A stretch of 35,475 nucleotides of DNA from the sequence record DRR723986_4714, one strand, 5' to 3'. The notes under the pieces were generated by a model that saw only the letters and a program-made list of their open reading frames with translations, was not told the origin of the DNA and ran no database searches. Positions within the stretch are counted from its first letter, which is position 1, and each line of letters starts with the position of its first letter. Shown in pieces: positions 19,554-28,391 of this stretch. The position numbers and the translations under genes were made by a program.

Positions 19554-19751
19554 CGGAACTCGCTCTAAACGTCAAACAACTGCTCGGAGGCCTGCCGCAG
19601 AAGCGTACAAGGCAATGCCTCGACCCCTTTCAGGGCCGGATCTCGATGCAAGTGTTTTCACAGGAAAGCGGGCAGTTCCAGCGGGAACTTGTCTTGGTGT
19701 CAATTTCGTTTGCCGCACTGCGCGACGTCATCGCACATCAGGGCAGCCGCC

Positions 19752-20801
19752 TTATTCGGCGGCTTTTCCCTGCGTCGAACGGGCGTTGTGTATGTCCTGG
19801 GCTTCAATGCAATTGTCCAGGAACTGACGTGCGCTGGCCGCCCAGGTGTAATTCATGGCAATCGTGCGGCAATGTTCGCGTGGGATATCCAGCGCGGCTT
19901 CCGCCGCTTCGCGCAGATCTTCCGACAAGACACCCGCCCCCGTATCGCTGATGACGTCGAGCGGGCCCATTACCGGGAAAGCGGCAACCGGCACGCCGCA
20001 GGCCAGGGCCTCAAGCATAACGTTGCCGAAGGTGTCGGTGAGTGAGGGAAACACGAAGACATCCGCGTCGGAATAATGCCTTGCGAGATCCTCGCCCACC
20101 TTGGAACCGGTAAAATGCACCCCCGGGTACTCCCGGCGCAGACTGTCGAGCTGCGGGCCACCACCGACCACCACTTTCGATCCCGGCAGGTCGAGATCCA
20201 GAAACGCCTTGATGTTCTTTTCGATTGCAACCCGGCCGACATACATGAACACCGGGCGCGGCAGGTCGGCCGGCAGAACGGAACCCTCGTAAGGCTTGAA
20301 CTGCTGCTCATCCACGCCGCGCGACCAGCGCATCAAATTGGTAAAACCACGGTCACGCAGATCCTGCTCCAGTGACCGTGTTGCGACCATGCAGCCGCAG
20401 CCGGAATTGTGAAACCGGCGCAGCCAGCTGTAGGACCAAGTCAGCGGAACCGGCAGCCGGGCTGAAACATATTCGGGAAACCGGGTGTGGTAACTCGTGG
20501 TGAACGGACGCCCAGCCTTCTTGGAGACGCTTGCCGCCAGAAGCCCGAGCGGGCCTTCCGTTGCAATGTGCAGATGCTCGCAGCCGTAATCCTCGATCTT
20601 CCGACGCACGATGCCGCGATGGGTCAACGACAGGCGAATTTCCGGATAGGTCGGACACGGCAGTGTCGTGAATTCCTGAGGGGTCAGGAATTCCACCCGC
20701 ACACCGATCTTCTCGAGTTCTTCGGCCGTGCGCTCCAGCGAGCGAACCACTCCGTTTATCTGGGGATGCCAGGCATCCGTCACAATCAGAATGGAACTCA
20801 T
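19752..20801 (-). CDS. agt: GT4 glycosyltransferase, Agt-like diacylglycerol glycosyltransferase
   Basis: VTDAWHPQINGVVRSL, HIATEGPLG, YHTRFPEY, VGRVAIEKN and DTFGNVMLEALACG; ATGA overlap with the upstream phosphoesterase. Confidence 0.78.
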   Translation of the reverse strand: MSSILIVTDAWHPQINGVVRSLERTAEELEKIGVRVEFLTPQEFTTLPCPTYPEIRLSLTHRGIVRRKIEDYGCEHLHIATEGPLGLLAASVSKKAGRPFTTSYHTRFPEYVSARLPVPLTWSYSWLRRFHNSGCGCMVATRSLEQDLRDRGFTNLMRWSRGVDEQQFKPYEGSVLPADLPRPVFMYVGRVAIEKNIKAFLDLDLPGSKVVVGGGPQLDSLRREYPGVHFTGSKVGEDLARHYSDADVFVFPSLTDTFGNVMLEALACGVPVAAFPVMGPLDVISDTGAGVLSEDLREAAEAALDIPREHCRTIAMNYTWAASARQFLDNCIEAQDIHNARSTQGKAAE

Positions 20802-21601
20802 GCGGCGACCGGTGCTTCCTTGGCTTTCGCCGGCACGGCCTCCTCCTGGGTACGGTCCACCCATCGGATCACCTCAAATGTTCCATCGTGGTGCTCGGCA
20901 ACCGCAGTGCAGCTTTCCACCCAGTCACCCGTGTTGATGTAGTGAATGCCGTTCATATCACGGTCCGCGGCGTGGTGAATATGACCACAAATGACGCCAT
21001 CGACGCCCTGCCGGCGCGCCTCGTCGGACAGGGCTTCTTCGAAACGTCCGATAAAGCTGACCGCGTTCTTGACCTTCAACTTGGCCCAGGCGGACAATGA
21101 CCAGTAGGTCAGGCCGAGACGGCGGCGGACCACATTGAGCCAGGTGTTGACGCCGAGCGCGGTCACATAGGCCTTGTCGCCAAAGAAGGCCAGCCACTTG
21201 GCATGGCGGATCACCACGTCGAACTGGTCACCATGAATGACCAGATAGCGTTTGCCGTTGGCAGCTTCGTGAATGATGCTGTCGGTCACTTCGACGCCGC
21301 CGAAATGCGTACCGAGGAAGCTGCGCAGAAACTCGTCGTGATTTCCCGGAATATAGATGACCCGGGCTCCCTTGCGCCCCTTGCGCAGGATCTTCTGCAC
21401 CACGTCGTTGTGAAGTTGTGGCCAGTACCAGGACCGCCGCAGACGCCAGCCATCGGCAATGTCGCCGACCAGGTAGATGGTCTCGGCTTCATTGTCCTTC
21501 AGAAAGTCCAGCAGCATCTCCGCCTGACAACCGCGCGTGCCAAGATGGACGTCGGAAATAAACAAGGCCCGGTAATGCCGCGATGCCTCAGCGGTAGACA
21601 T
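20798..21601 (-). CDS. plcP: Metallophosphoesterase, PlcP-like phospholipase C (often annotated as LpxH-like UDP-2,3-diacylglucosamine diphosphatase)
   Basis: SDVHLG, GDIADGW, GNHD, HGD and GHIH motifs; WYWPQLHNDVVQK segment; paired with the GT4 gene. Confidence 0.75.
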   Translation of the reverse strand: MSTAEASRHYRALFISDVHLGTRGCQAEMLLDFLKDNEAETIYLVGDIADGWRLRRSWYWPQLHNDVVQKILRKGRKGARVIYIPGNHDEFLRSFLGTHFGGVEVTDSIIHEAANGKRYLVIHGDQFDVVIRHAKWLAFFGDKAYVTALGVNTWLNVVRRRLGLTYWSLSAWAKLKVKNAVSFIGRFEEALSDEARRQGVDGVICGHIHHAADRDMNGIHYINTGDWVESCTAVAEHHDGTFEVIRWVDRTQEEAVPAKAKEAPVAA

Positions 21602-21646
21602 AGCACTTCTCCAAATTCCCTTTGGAGCGCTATAGACGCGATTCAA

Positions 21647-21664
21647 GTATCACTATTATGACAA
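21647..21664 (-). promoter_or_regulatory. Candidate Pho box upstream of plcP-agt
   Basis: Minus strand TTGTCAT-AATA-GTGATAC: strong first half-site, AT-rich spacer, degenerate second half-site; another GTCAC lies just upstream. Confidence 0.45.
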
Positions 21665-21870
21665 ACGGCGTGACTTCGCCGGGGCTGTTTGTTTTCCAGC
21701 TTAATGATTAACACCGGCACGGTTCGGGTATTGGCCTCCCTCACTTCATTCCGTTGCTTCACGAACATCTTGCCGGATGCTGACCGGCTCCATATGTCCC
21801 TGACGGCATTTGACAGCGTCGGGTTTTGCCAGCCACAAAGCATGTCCAACCTGCATCAAGGAGAACGTTC

Positions 21871-22650
21871 ATGGACCTCGGCCTCAAGGGCAAAAAGGCA
21901 ATCATCTGTGCGTCAAGCCGCGGCCTCGGCAAGGGCTGCGCCGAAGCACTGGCGGAAGCAGGCTGCGACATCGTCCTGAACGGACGTAACGAAACGGTTC
22001 TGGAAGAAACCCGCACGCTGCTGCAGAACCGCTTCGGCGTGAGCGTTGCCGCCATCGCAGCGGATGTTTCCACACGGCAAGGTCAAGAAGCGCTTCTTGC
22101 GGCCTGCCCGGACCCGGACATCCTGGTCAACAACAACGGTGGCCCACCCCGGCGCGACTATTCCGAGCTGGACCGTGCGGCGCTGATGGAAGGTGTGGTG
22201 CAGAATTTCGTCACCCCCATCGAGCTGATCCAGGCGGTTGTTCCCGGCATGAAGGAGCGCGGTTTCGGCCGCATCGTCAACATCACCTCGCTTTCGGTAA
22301 AGATGCCGATCGAAGGGCTAGATCTGTCCAGCGGTGCTCGGGCGGGGCTCACGGCATTCCTGGCCGGCGTCTGCCGCCAGCTTGCCCCCCACGGCGTGAC
22401 GGTCAACAACTTGCTGCCCGGCAAGATGGACACCGACCGTCTGAGAGGCGGCTTCGAGCGCGCCGCGCAGCAGTCAGGTAAAAGCATCGAGGATGTCCGG
22501 GCGGCACAGGCAGCGGAAATCCCGGCAAGACGTTTCGGTTCAGCCGAGGAGTTCGGCCAGACCTGCGCTTTCCTGTGCTCTCGCCACGCCGGTTACATCA
22601 CCGGCCAGAACATCCTGATGGATGGCGGGCTCTATCCGGCGGCGTTCTAA
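21871..22650 (+). CDS. SDR-family oxidoreductase (atypical)
   Basis: AAGGAG RBS; CASSRGLG, NNGGP and ITGQNILMDGG; the YxxxK position is replaced by SSGAR. Confidence 0.85.
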   Translation: MDLGLKGKKAIICASSRGLGKGCAEALAEAGCDIVLNGRNETVLEETRTLLQNRFGVSVAAIAADVSTRQGQEALLAACPDPDILVNNNGGPPRRDYSELDRAALMEGVVQNFVTPIELIQAVVPGMKERGFGRIVNITSLSVKMPIEGLDLSSGARAGLTAFLAGVCRQLAPHGVTVNNLLPGKMDTDRLRGGFERAAQQSGKSIEDVRAAQAAEIPARRFGSAEEFGQTCAFLCSRHAGYITGQNILMDGGLYPAAF

Positions 22651-22668
22651 GCGTCCAAAGTCATGAAG

Positions 22669-22696
22669 AAAGGCCGGAGCATATGCCCCGGCCTTT
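22669..22696. terminator. Hairpin terminator between convergent SDR and fadL
   Basis: AAAGGCCGGAGCATATGCCCCGGCCTTT. Confidence 0.7.
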
Positions 22697-22718
22697 GCTG
22701 AATGGCTGATCTTTCTGA

Positions 22719-23981
22719 TCAGAACTTGTAGCGCAGCGCGGCAGAGATGATGTTGACGCTGCTGTCGACATCCCCCGAATAGGTACCGAATGCCGCGTTG
22801 TAGTCCTGGTGACTGGAATCGATGTTGATATCGGTCGATTCCGGAATGATGTGCGTGTAGCCGACATCGAACGCCAGGTGCTCGTTGAAGGTGTAGCTGG
22901 CACCAGCCGACAGCCACCAGCGGTTATTGTCCGGCAGACGCGTGGAGCGGATCTTTTCGTCGATCGGCGAGATTTCGTAACCGACACCACCGCGGAAGGT
23001 AAGCTTCTCGTTGAAGTCGTATTCACCGCCCAGAGAGAAGAACCAGCCGTCGTCATAGTTGAAATGCAGGACGGTGGCCTCTGCGCCGGTTGCATCGTTG
23101 ATCGCACGTGGCGACTTGAGCCGGCTCCAGTTGGTCCATTCCACCGTTCCAAGAACGCGGATCTTGTCGGTCACTTTCTGTTTTGCGGAAAGGTTGATCA
23201 TGTCCGGCGTAACGACACCCAGGCCGATCGCCGTTGTGACACCACCGGCGAACAGGTCGCCGTCGAGATCGTGACCGACACCGGAGCGATATCCAAGTCC
23301 GATTTCAGTCCCCTCGAACGGTCTCACCGTCAGACCAGCCGTCACACCGAAACCGATGTCATCACCAGTGATCTGGTTCGAACGGGGGAAGCCCGCTCCG
23401 GAAGTGGCGTCGGCGGATTTCAGCGACACGTCCAGGTATTGCGCCTGAACACCGATCGCTATCGCGAACATGTCGTTGATCTGAAGCGCAACTGTCGGGT
23501 TGACGTTCAACGAGAACACGGAAGACGAACGGGAATAGAACTGGGCCGCCCAGTTCTGCTCCGGTTTTGTTGACAGGCCGAAGGGTGCGTTGATACCGAC
23601 ACCAAAGATCAGCTTTTCATTCAGCCGGTAGGCTGCGTACGAAGCGGGAATGAACGCGTCGGAAGCAATGTCGCCACTGCCGATCGAAGACGTACCGAGG
23701 AACCCGCCGGACAGCGTGCCGTTGATATCCGAGCTTGGAAAGAGCCCCGTATTATGCGCTTCGATGGTGAGACCCTGCTGAGCACCGATAAGCGACGCCG
23801 GGTTCCAGTACATCGAAGAGATCGAACCGCCGGACGTACCATACCCGGCAAAAGACATACCCTGAAAGTACGAGCTCTGCTCTCTAAGTGCGAAACCACC
23901 TGCGAACGCAGAACTTGCAACCATTGATAGAGCTGCAGCTGTAGAAGCAAGTAGAACTGATTTCTTGTTTACCCACGGCAT
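22719..23981 (-). CDS. fadL: FadL/OmpP1-family outer-membrane transporter
   Basis: GGAGG RBS; signal AFA-GGFALREQS; NPA hatch motif (YWNPAS); APFGL and RLPDNNRWW; C-terminal YKF. Confidence 0.92.
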   Translation of the reverse strand: MPWVNKKSVLLASTAAALSMVASSAFAGGFALREQSSYFQGMSFAGYGTSGGSISSMYWNPASLIGAQQGLTIEAHNTGLFPSSDINGTLSGGFLGTSSIGSGDIASDAFIPASYAAYRLNEKLIFGVGINAPFGLSTKPEQNWAAQFYSRSSSVFSLNVNPTVALQINDMFAIAIGVQAQYLDVSLKSADATSGAGFPRSNQITGDDIGFGVTAGLTVRPFEGTEIGLGYRSGVGHDLDGDLFAGGVTTAIGLGVVTPDMINLSAKQKVTDKIRVLGTVEWTNWSRLKSPRAINDATGAEATVLHFNYDDGWFFSLGGEYDFNEKLTFRGGVGYEISPIDEKIRSTRLPDNNRWWLSAGASYTFNEHLAFDVGYTHIIPESTDINIDSSHQDYNAAFGTYSGDVDSSVNIISAALRYKF

Positions 23982-24592
23982 TGAGTTTCCTCCCATCCCC
24001 TAGCCACCGGATGCTTGATGACAACCTGAGACAGGGTTTTAGGAGAATGCCGTCCGTTTCAACTGAATATTTACGCCAGTTGTGCGGTCGTTTTTTCATG
24101 CTGCAATGCGAAATGCGCAGCTTTTCTGGTAGGTATTGCTGCGTAGACGTTCAAAACACTTCAAAAACGACAGGTTCAGAGTCTCTTCGTCATCGCACCG
24201 ACACACTTTCAGACATTTGCCTAAAAAACAGGCACCTGAAATGTCAGTTTCCGATAACGTAATTTAACGGTGAATCGTTGCGGCTTTGCCACAGGTTTCG
24301 TGAGGGAATGTGGATCTTTTGTAGGACAAGTTCCTTGATATTCCTTGGTAAAAACGCCAACCACCTTTCCTAACGGAAACCGCGTCGGCACACCGTTGCG
24401 CGGTAGCCTTTCCTTTCGAAATTGAATTTTTGTCAGGAAGTTTGTCAGCAGGCGACACGCTACCGCCCGGCCAATTACAGCTTTTCCGGCAAGGCAGGTT
24501 GCAAGCTGCGAACCGGTGGGTTGCACCGGCTCGCAGAAAGAGACGGTCCAGGACCGCACTCCATTCCTTGTTTGCAGCCTCAAGCGGCAAGC

Positions 24593-25699
24593 CTAGCTGT
24601 CGCGAGCTTCGAGGAAGCGGCGCATGGCAACGTCACTCCAGGGGGCAAGGCGTGCCCGCGCAGCCATATGACTGTCGTAGATCCTCTGGCTAAGCGCATC
24701 CTTGCTCGCGAACTCGGACAGCACGACTGCCGAAGTCTCCCGCAAAGCATCCAGAACGTCGTCCGGATAAGGACGGACGGTAACGCCGTCCTCTTCCTGC
24801 AGGAGCTTCAGTGCGCCTGCATTCTCCCAATCACTTTCTGCAAGCGAGCGGCCGTTTTCTGCCTTGCAGGCCTCCAGAACGATGGCGCCAAGGTCTTCCG
24901 GCAGACCTTCCAGCGCCACCTTGTTGAACAGCGCTTCACCGGTGCCGTTGGGTTCATGGAACCCCGGCGTGTAGTAGGACTTGGCTGCTTTCTGGAACCC
25001 CATTGCCCTGTCCGACCAGGGACCCAGGAATTCGGTAGCGTCCAGCACACCGCTGTCCAACGCCTGGAACAACTCTGCAGGCGGCAGGCTGACAGGCGTC
25101 GCCCCAAGCCGGTGCATCACTTCGCCGCCAAGGCCCGGCATGCGGATCTTCAGCCCCTTGAGATCGTCAAGAGTGTTGATTTCGCGCTTGAACCAGCCCC
25201 CCATCTGAACGCCGGTGTTGCCGGCCATAACGGGCCTTAGTCCGAACGGGGCATAAAGCTCGTCCCAGAGCGCCTGGCCGCCCCCCTGCTCAATCCAGGT
25301 GATATGCTCATGCGGCAGCAAACCAAAAGGGATCGCCGTGAAATAGACAGAAGCAGGGATCTTGCCCTGCCAGAAAAACGAGGCTGTATGCGCCATCTGC
25401 GCCGTCCCCGCCGAAACGGCCTCGAACACGCCCAGAGCCGGCACCAGTTCCCCGGCAGCATAAAGCCGAACGCGCAGGCGGCCGCCGGACATCAGCTCGA
25501 TCCTGTCGGCAATGCGCTGCGCCGTGACCCCGGGCCCCGGCAGGTTCTTTGGCCAGGACGTGACCATCTTCCATTCCAGCGTCGCCTGCTCCTGCGCTAT
25601 CGCCGGGGCGGCCAATGCGCTTGCACCGGCGGCGGCGGAAGCCCCCAGAAGTCCGCGGCGGCTGATCCGTCCGGTTTCTGTCTTTGGCTGATCGGTCAT
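24593..25699 (-). CDS. Orphan TRAP substrate-binding protein, TakP/alpha-keto-acid type, with Tat signal
   Basis: SRRGLL twin-arginine signal, APAIAQ, WKMVTSWPK, GNTGVQMGGWF, GLKIRMPGLGG and YYTPGFHEP; start lies 2 nt after the thiD stop. Confidence 0.88.
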   Translation of the reverse strand: MTDQPKTETGRISRRGLLGASAAAGASALAAPAIAQEQATLEWKMVTSWPKNLPGPGVTAQRIADRIELMSGGRLRVRLYAAGELVPALGVFEAVSAGTAQMAHTASFFWQGKIPASVYFTAIPFGLLPHEHITWIEQGGGQALWDELYAPFGLRPVMAGNTGVQMGGWFKREINTLDDLKGLKIRMPGLGGEVMHRLGATPVSLPPAELFQALDSGVLDATEFLGPWSDRAMGFQKAAKSYYTPGFHEPNGTGEALFNKVALEGLPEDLGAIVLEACKAENGRSLAESDWENAGALKLLQEEDGVTVRPYPDDVLDALRETSAVVLSEFASKDALSQRIYDSHMAARARLAPWSDVAMRRFLEARDS

Positions 25700-25700
25700 C

Positions 25701-26507
25701 TCACTTGCTCCAGAACGCGTGGAAATGATGGACTGGCCCGTGACCACTGCCGATGTGAAGCGTGTCGGCAGCGGCGATGGCGGCCTGAATATAGGACTTG
25801 GCGGACCTGACGGCCGCTTCCATGTCCTGTCCCTTGGCAAGGCCCGAGGCAATCGCGGATGACAGGGTGCAACCGGTGCCATGCGTGTTGTCGGTCTTGA
25901 TCCGCTCTGACCTGAGCCAGACCGCATTGCCGTTGCGATCCAGAAGCAGGTCGGCGCTATTCGCACCAGACCCGTGCCCGCCCTTGAGCAGAACCGCATT
26001 GGCTCCAAGACCCAGCAGACGTTCGGCCTGCGCCTGCATTTGCGTTTCGTCCGCGGCAACGTTGCCTTGCAACATGCGGGCAGCTTCATGCAGGTTCGGG
26101 GTAACAATATCAGCCAGCGGCAGCAGCAAGGCAATCAGCGTGTCGACCGCACTGTCGGCAAGCAACGGGTCACCGGAGGCAGCCACCATCACCGGGTCAA
26201 GCACGACCGGACCTGTCTCATGTGCCCGAAGCCCTTCAGCTACCACCTCAATCGTATCGACACGCGACAGCATGCCGATCTTTGTCGCCTTTACGGCAAG
26301 GTCCGAGAAGACGGCTGTCATCTGGGCCCGCACGAACTCCGGCGGCACGTCATGGATGGCGCTGACGCCAAGCGTATTCTGCGCCGTCAGGGCTGCAATA
26401 ACACTGGCACCAAAGACGCCGTTTGCGGAAAAGGTCTTGAGATCAGCCTGAATGCCGGCTCCGCCGCCGGAATCCGATCCTGCAATGGTTACCGCAATTG
26501 CGGTCAT
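25701..26507 (-). CDS. thiD: Hydroxymethylpyrimidine/phosphomethylpyrimidine kinase
   Basis: TIAGSDSGGGAGIQADLKTF, KIGML, DPVMVA, TPNLHEA, KGGH and THGTGCTLSSAIA. Confidence 0.96.
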   Translation of the reverse strand: MTAIAVTIAGSDSGGGAGIQADLKTFSANGVFGASVIAALTAQNTLGVSAIHDVPPEFVRAQMTAVFSDLAVKATKIGMLSRVDTIEVVAEGLRAHETGPVVLDPVMVAASGDPLLADSAVDTLIALLLPLADIVTPNLHEAARMLQGNVAADETQMQAQAERLLGLGANAVLLKGGHGSGANSADLLLDRNGNAVWLRSERIKTDNTHGTGCTLSSAIASGLAKGQDMEAAVRSAKSYIQAAIAAADTLHIGSGHGPVHHFHAFWSK

Positions 26508-26543
26508 GGGAACCTCCTGGGAGTAGATGCCGAAAAGGCTGCG

Positions 26544-27317
26544 TCAGCCGGTCTTGAGACGGGCTTCAATGTCGCGGTCAGTCAGGCAATAGAGTGCGTC
26601 GAGCAACTCCGGCACCAGACTGCCAGGCCCGCCTGACCGGCTGGCTGCGATTTCGCCGGCAATGTTGAAGACGGACAGTCCGCATGCAGCTGCAAGCGCC
26701 CTGTCCTTTTCGATGCTCAGGAACGCTGCCAGAACGGCACCGCCGGCACAGCCGGTGGCCGTCACGCGTGACATCAGTGGATCGCCGTTGCGCAGCAGGA
26801 AATCCTCGCCGCGGCTCTCGACCCTGTCTTCCGGGCCGGTGACGGCAAAAACCGTTCCGGCCTCGATCAATGCATCGGCATCCGCCCGCTCCGGCAGGAG
26901 AGCGTTGAGTTCTTCCGGATTGAGCCGCACCAGATCCGGCTTCAGGCCCAGCAATTCGCGTGCATAGGCGCAGCGCACGGGTGACCGGTTGACGAAAACC
27001 GGATCGACACAAACCGGACGTCCGGCCGTCCGGGCAGCTTCGATCGCTAGCGGAATGGCTGCACGGCGTTCCTCGTCAAGGGTGCCGAGGTTCACCAGCA
27101 GTGCATCAGCCCCACCGGCAAAGGCCGCAACTTCCTCCCGCGCGATGGTCATGGAAGGAACCGCGCCTAGCGCAAGCAGCACATTGGCGGTGAAACTCTG
27201 GGCGACCGCGTTTGTGATAGCGTGAACGCGCGGCGTTTTCTGCCGCACCCTTTCCAGAAGGGTGAAGACCTGTTCGGCGCTCAGGGCTTGCGTGGAAGCA
27301 GCAACGGAAAGGCTCAT
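26544..27317 (-). CDS. thiM: Hydroxyethylthiazole kinase
   Basis: VHAITNAVAQSFTANVLLALGAVPSM, LVNLGTL and VTATGC motifs; downstream of the TPP riboswitch. Confidence 0.92.
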   Translation of the reverse strand: MSLSVAASTQALSAEQVFTLLERVRQKTPRVHAITNAVAQSFTANVLLALGAVPSMTIAREEVAAFAGGADALLVNLGTLDEERRAAIPLAIEAARTAGRPVCVDPVFVNRSPVRCAYARELLGLKPDLVRLNPEELNALLPERADADALIEAGTVFAVTGPEDRVESRGEDFLLRNGDPLMSRVTATGCAGGAVLAAFLSIEKDRALAAACGLSVFNIAGEIAASRSGGPGSLVPELLDALYCLTDRDIEARLKTG

Positions 27318-27394
27318 GACGGCTCTCCTGCGACAGAAAGCCCGTTGCCGGTATTCCGGAAAGGACGTGTTGAAGGGAGTGGTGTGTGCATCAT
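27314..27394 (-). other. Possible 26-aa leader ORF between the TPP aptamer and thiM
   Basis: MMHTPLPSTRPFRNTGNGLSVAGEPS*; ATG follows the aptamer's GGAGGG and the stop overlaps the thiM start (ATGA). Confidence 0.35.
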
Positions 27395-27395
27395 G

Positions 27396-27493
27396 ATCTC
27401 AAATCCCTCCGCCGGTATCAGCCGGATCAGGTTCAAGGAGATGGCACGCCGCCTCTCAGCCCGGTCCAGGATGGCCGGGCACCCCCATGAGAT
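27396..27493 (-). ncRNA. TPP (thiamine pyrophosphate) riboswitch
   Basis: Minus strand ATCTCA-TGGGGGTGCCCGG...CCGGGCTGAGA...CCTTGAACCTGATCCGGCTGATACCGGCGGAGGGA-TTTGAGAT: CTGAGA and AACCTGAT/ATACC motifs with a closing ATCTCA/TGAGAT stem. Confidence 0.95.
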
Positions 27494-27703
27494 GATTGCA
27501 CTGCTAACAAGCCGGCCGTGCGATTGCAAGACCCGGCTTGTGCAGAGCGGCTACTCGGCAATTGACTGGCGGGAGGAGATAGGCGATGTCCTAGTCTGCT
27601 TTCGTGAATCTGTTGCCCGGCATGTTTGGCTGACCGAACAGCCCGGCTGATGGTTCAGGTGATACGTTCACCCCGTTCAAACACCAACTGCCCGGAGCGC
27701 CCC

Positions 27704-27940
27704 ATGGTACCGTTTTTCGTGATGATCAAATGCCAGTTGGGCAAGACCTACCAGGTCGCCAATGCGATCGCCGATGCGGAAATTGCGTCCGAAGTCTACT
27801 CCACCTCCGGCGACTACGATCTTCTGGTGAAATTCTATGTCGACGACGGTTCGGACATTGGCCACTTCGTGAACGAGAAGGTCCACCCGATCGACGGCAT
27901 TCAGGACACCAAAACCATCATTACCTTCAAGGCCTTCTGA
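27704..27940 (+). CDS. Stand-alone Lrp/AsnC ligand-binding (RAM) domain protein
   Basis: 78 aa; EVYSTSGDYDLLVK and IDGIQDTKTII motifs; no HTH; GGAG RBS. Confidence 0.85.
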   Translation: MVPFFVMIKCQLGKTYQVANAIADAEIASEVYSTSGDYDLLVKFYVDDGSDIGHFVNEKVHPIDGIQDTKTIITFKAF

Positions 27941-27960
27941 ACTCGGACCCGGAAATTTCC

Positions 27961-28368
27961 ATGAAACTCATTAAAATCGCCGCCCTTTGCCTGCCCCTCG
28001 CTCTTGCTCCGATCGGATCGACCGCGTCCGCGCAAGGCATGCCGCCGGAGCAGATCAAGCAGATCCTGGACCTGACCAAGGCCAACTGGGTGTCATTCCG
28101 CGACTGGCAGGGCCAGGAGCTGATCTATTTCACCCACCTGGAATCCTGGAAGTGCGGCATCGACTATGTCTTCTACGGACTGAACGACGACCCGATTGAG
28201 CAGGAATGGCAACTGGAAGCCTGTGACCCTGACAACCAGAATGTCGTTCTGAAGGACAAGCCCTATCTGGAGCTGCCACTGGGGTCGGCCCAGTCGATCA
28301 GCGTGCAGCTGATCTTCAAGGACGGCACCAAGAGCGCTGTTGAGCGGTTCGAATACAAGTCGCAGTAA
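27961..28368 (+). CDS. Secreted hypothetical protein
   Basis: 135 aa; Sec signal (MKLIKIAAL...ASA-Q); strong GC3 codon bias; two Cys in the mature part. Confidence 0.8.
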   Translation: MKLIKIAALCLPLALAPIGSTASAQGMPPEQIKQILDLTKANWVSFRDWQGQELIYFTHLESWKCGIDYVFYGLNDDPIEQEWQLEACDPDNQNVVLKDKPYLELPLGSAQSISVQLIFKDGTKSAVERFEYKSQ

Positions 28369-28391
28369 GGCCCGCCGCGCGCGCCTCACTT

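Noticed and set aside
24254..24268. CtrA-like site upstream of fadL (ATAACGTAATTTAAC)
   Set aside because: Half-site spacing is 6 rather than 7 and the first half-site is mismatched.
25700..26134. N-terminal extension making the TRAP SBP 513 aa
   Set aside because: Overlaps thiD in another frame; the Tat signal places the true start at 25699.
27730..27960. N-terminal extension of the secreted protein (212-aa ORF)
   Set aside because: Overlaps the Lrp-domain gene; the signal peptide begins at ATG 27961.
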